Assembly (NCBI RefSeq): GCF_006345805.1
Contig: NC_043016.1
Span: 18,228,001-18,292,000, forward strand
DNA: 64,000 bases
Source of the DNA: Octopus sinensis
Taxonomy: Eukaryota
Reading direction: 5' to 3'
Every line of letters starts with the position of its first letter. Position 1 is the first letter of the stretch. The translations under genes were made by a program, and so were the position numbers. The notes below the pieces were generated by a model. It was not told the DNA's origin and searched no databases. It was given only the letters and a program-made list of their open reading frames with translations. Positions 62,649-64,000 of this stretch are shown piece by piece.

Positions 62649-63304
62649 CATAGGTTCTCAAAGTGGGTGCTATTGGCACCTGGGCATTGAGACGGTCCAG
62701 GTGGGCACTGGTGCCTAAGGGGGTGGTAGAGGAAAAGGAGGTATTGGGAGGAAAGCAGTGAATTGGGGGACGCTATGAATTTATTATAATATTATTATAG
62801 TATTGTGTACAAATTATATAATATATTAAATATAAAATGATATATATACATATAGGCATAGGAGTGGCTGTGTGGTAAGTAGTTTGCTTATGAACCACAT
62901 GGTTCTGGGTTCAGTCCCACTGCATGGTACCTTGGGTAAGGGCCTTCTACTATAGCCTCGGTCCAACCAAAGCCTTGTGAGTGGATTTGGTAGACAGAAA
63001 CTGAAAGCCTGTGATATATATGTATGTGTGTCTGTGTTTGTCCTCCCAACATTGCTTGACAACCGATGCTGGTGTGTTTACGTCTCCGTAACTTAGCGGT
63101 TCGGCAAAAGAGACCGATAGAATAAGTACTAGGCTTACAAAGAATAAGTCCTGGGGTTGATTTTCTCGACTAAAGGCGGTGCTCCAGCATGGCCACAGTC
63201 AAATGACTGAAACAAGTAAAACAGTATATAAATAGGGGTGGGACTGCTGAGGGTAATATGTGGCTATGAAGGGTGCAGTGGCCCTAAAAGTTTGAGGACC
63301 TCTG
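62649..63304. mobile_element. hAT-type MITE interrupted by SINE family A (62855-63226, +)
   Basis: TIRs CATAGGTTCTCAAA / TTTGAGGACCTCTG; TSD CTTTAGAG / CCTTACAG (6/8). Confidence 0.75.
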
Positions 63305-63829
63305 CCTTACAGTGACATGAGTCAAAAAAAAATAAACCTATCAACCCTTAATGCCAGTCTATGTCCCAAACACACAGCTTAATAACAATGAATCATTTTA
63401 CTAAATTCTTTAGTAATTTCATAATTGATTGGAACAAAAGCAGGTTATTTCAATGGAAATATGATAATGAAAGTGTTGATCTGTAAAAGTAGTGCAACAA
63501 TTTGATCCCTAAAACCTTTCTTTTAATAACATCGAACGTTATTCAACATGATAGCTATTTAACTGAGCTAAGTATTTCATTATTAATTGATTTATTTTCT
63601 TATATATTTAGTAACAAAGGTGGAACAAGAAAATGTGAGTAACAATTGAAGCATATCTAATTATTGGAAAGTGTTAAATCAAGTCTTGTTAAATGGAAAC
63701 AGTATTGAGTTCATCCTCCTGTTTTGAGGATGATGACCTGGTTGTCAGGCAACACCAGGTTTATCAAACAGCAATATACCTTTGTTGATAACATACTGTC
63801 AGTCCTTTAAATCTTGTCTGTCTATCTCT

Positions 63830-64000
63830 TACACTCTTTATTGTTCCATTTATCGGACTGCGGCCATGCTGGAGCACCGCCTTCAGTCGAGCAAATCGAC
63901 CCCGGGACTTATTCTTTGTAAGCCTGGTACTTATTCTATCGGTTTCTTTTGCCGAACTGCTAAGTGACGGGGACGTAAACACACCAGCATCGGTTGTCAA
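63830..64000 (-). mobile_element. SINE family A 3' part (runs off window)
   Basis: Homology to the family A tail. Confidence 0.88.

Overview
AT-rich, repeat-saturated animal DNA, most likely an octopus (coleoid cephalopod) intron or intergenic region; this is inferred from the repeat families, with no database check. No complete gene is visible. Almost all ORF-track entries are microsatellite, SINE or minisatellite artefacts. The only recognisable protein-coding sequences are decayed transposon remnants (RTE, CR1, R4/Dong and probable L1/Tx1 LINE ends; mariner transposase N-terminus). There is one weak candidate first coding exon (7247-7328), inside a CpG-retaining zone (~2.5-12 kb) that gives way to CpG-eroded, gene-body-like sequence. 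The window carries dozens of SINEs (at least 4 families), plus Helitron, Helentron-like, hAT and piggyBac-like MITEs and a 26-bp minisatellite born inside a SINE. The most notable signal is a dispersed set of type I hammerhead-ribozyme motifs in short, (TA)n-anchored, Penelope/retrozyme-like elements. Two have intact cores and unusually long stem II inserts (1049-1169 minus; 49771-49856 plus), and several more are decayed. Coordinates were read by eye and repeat boundaries are approximate.
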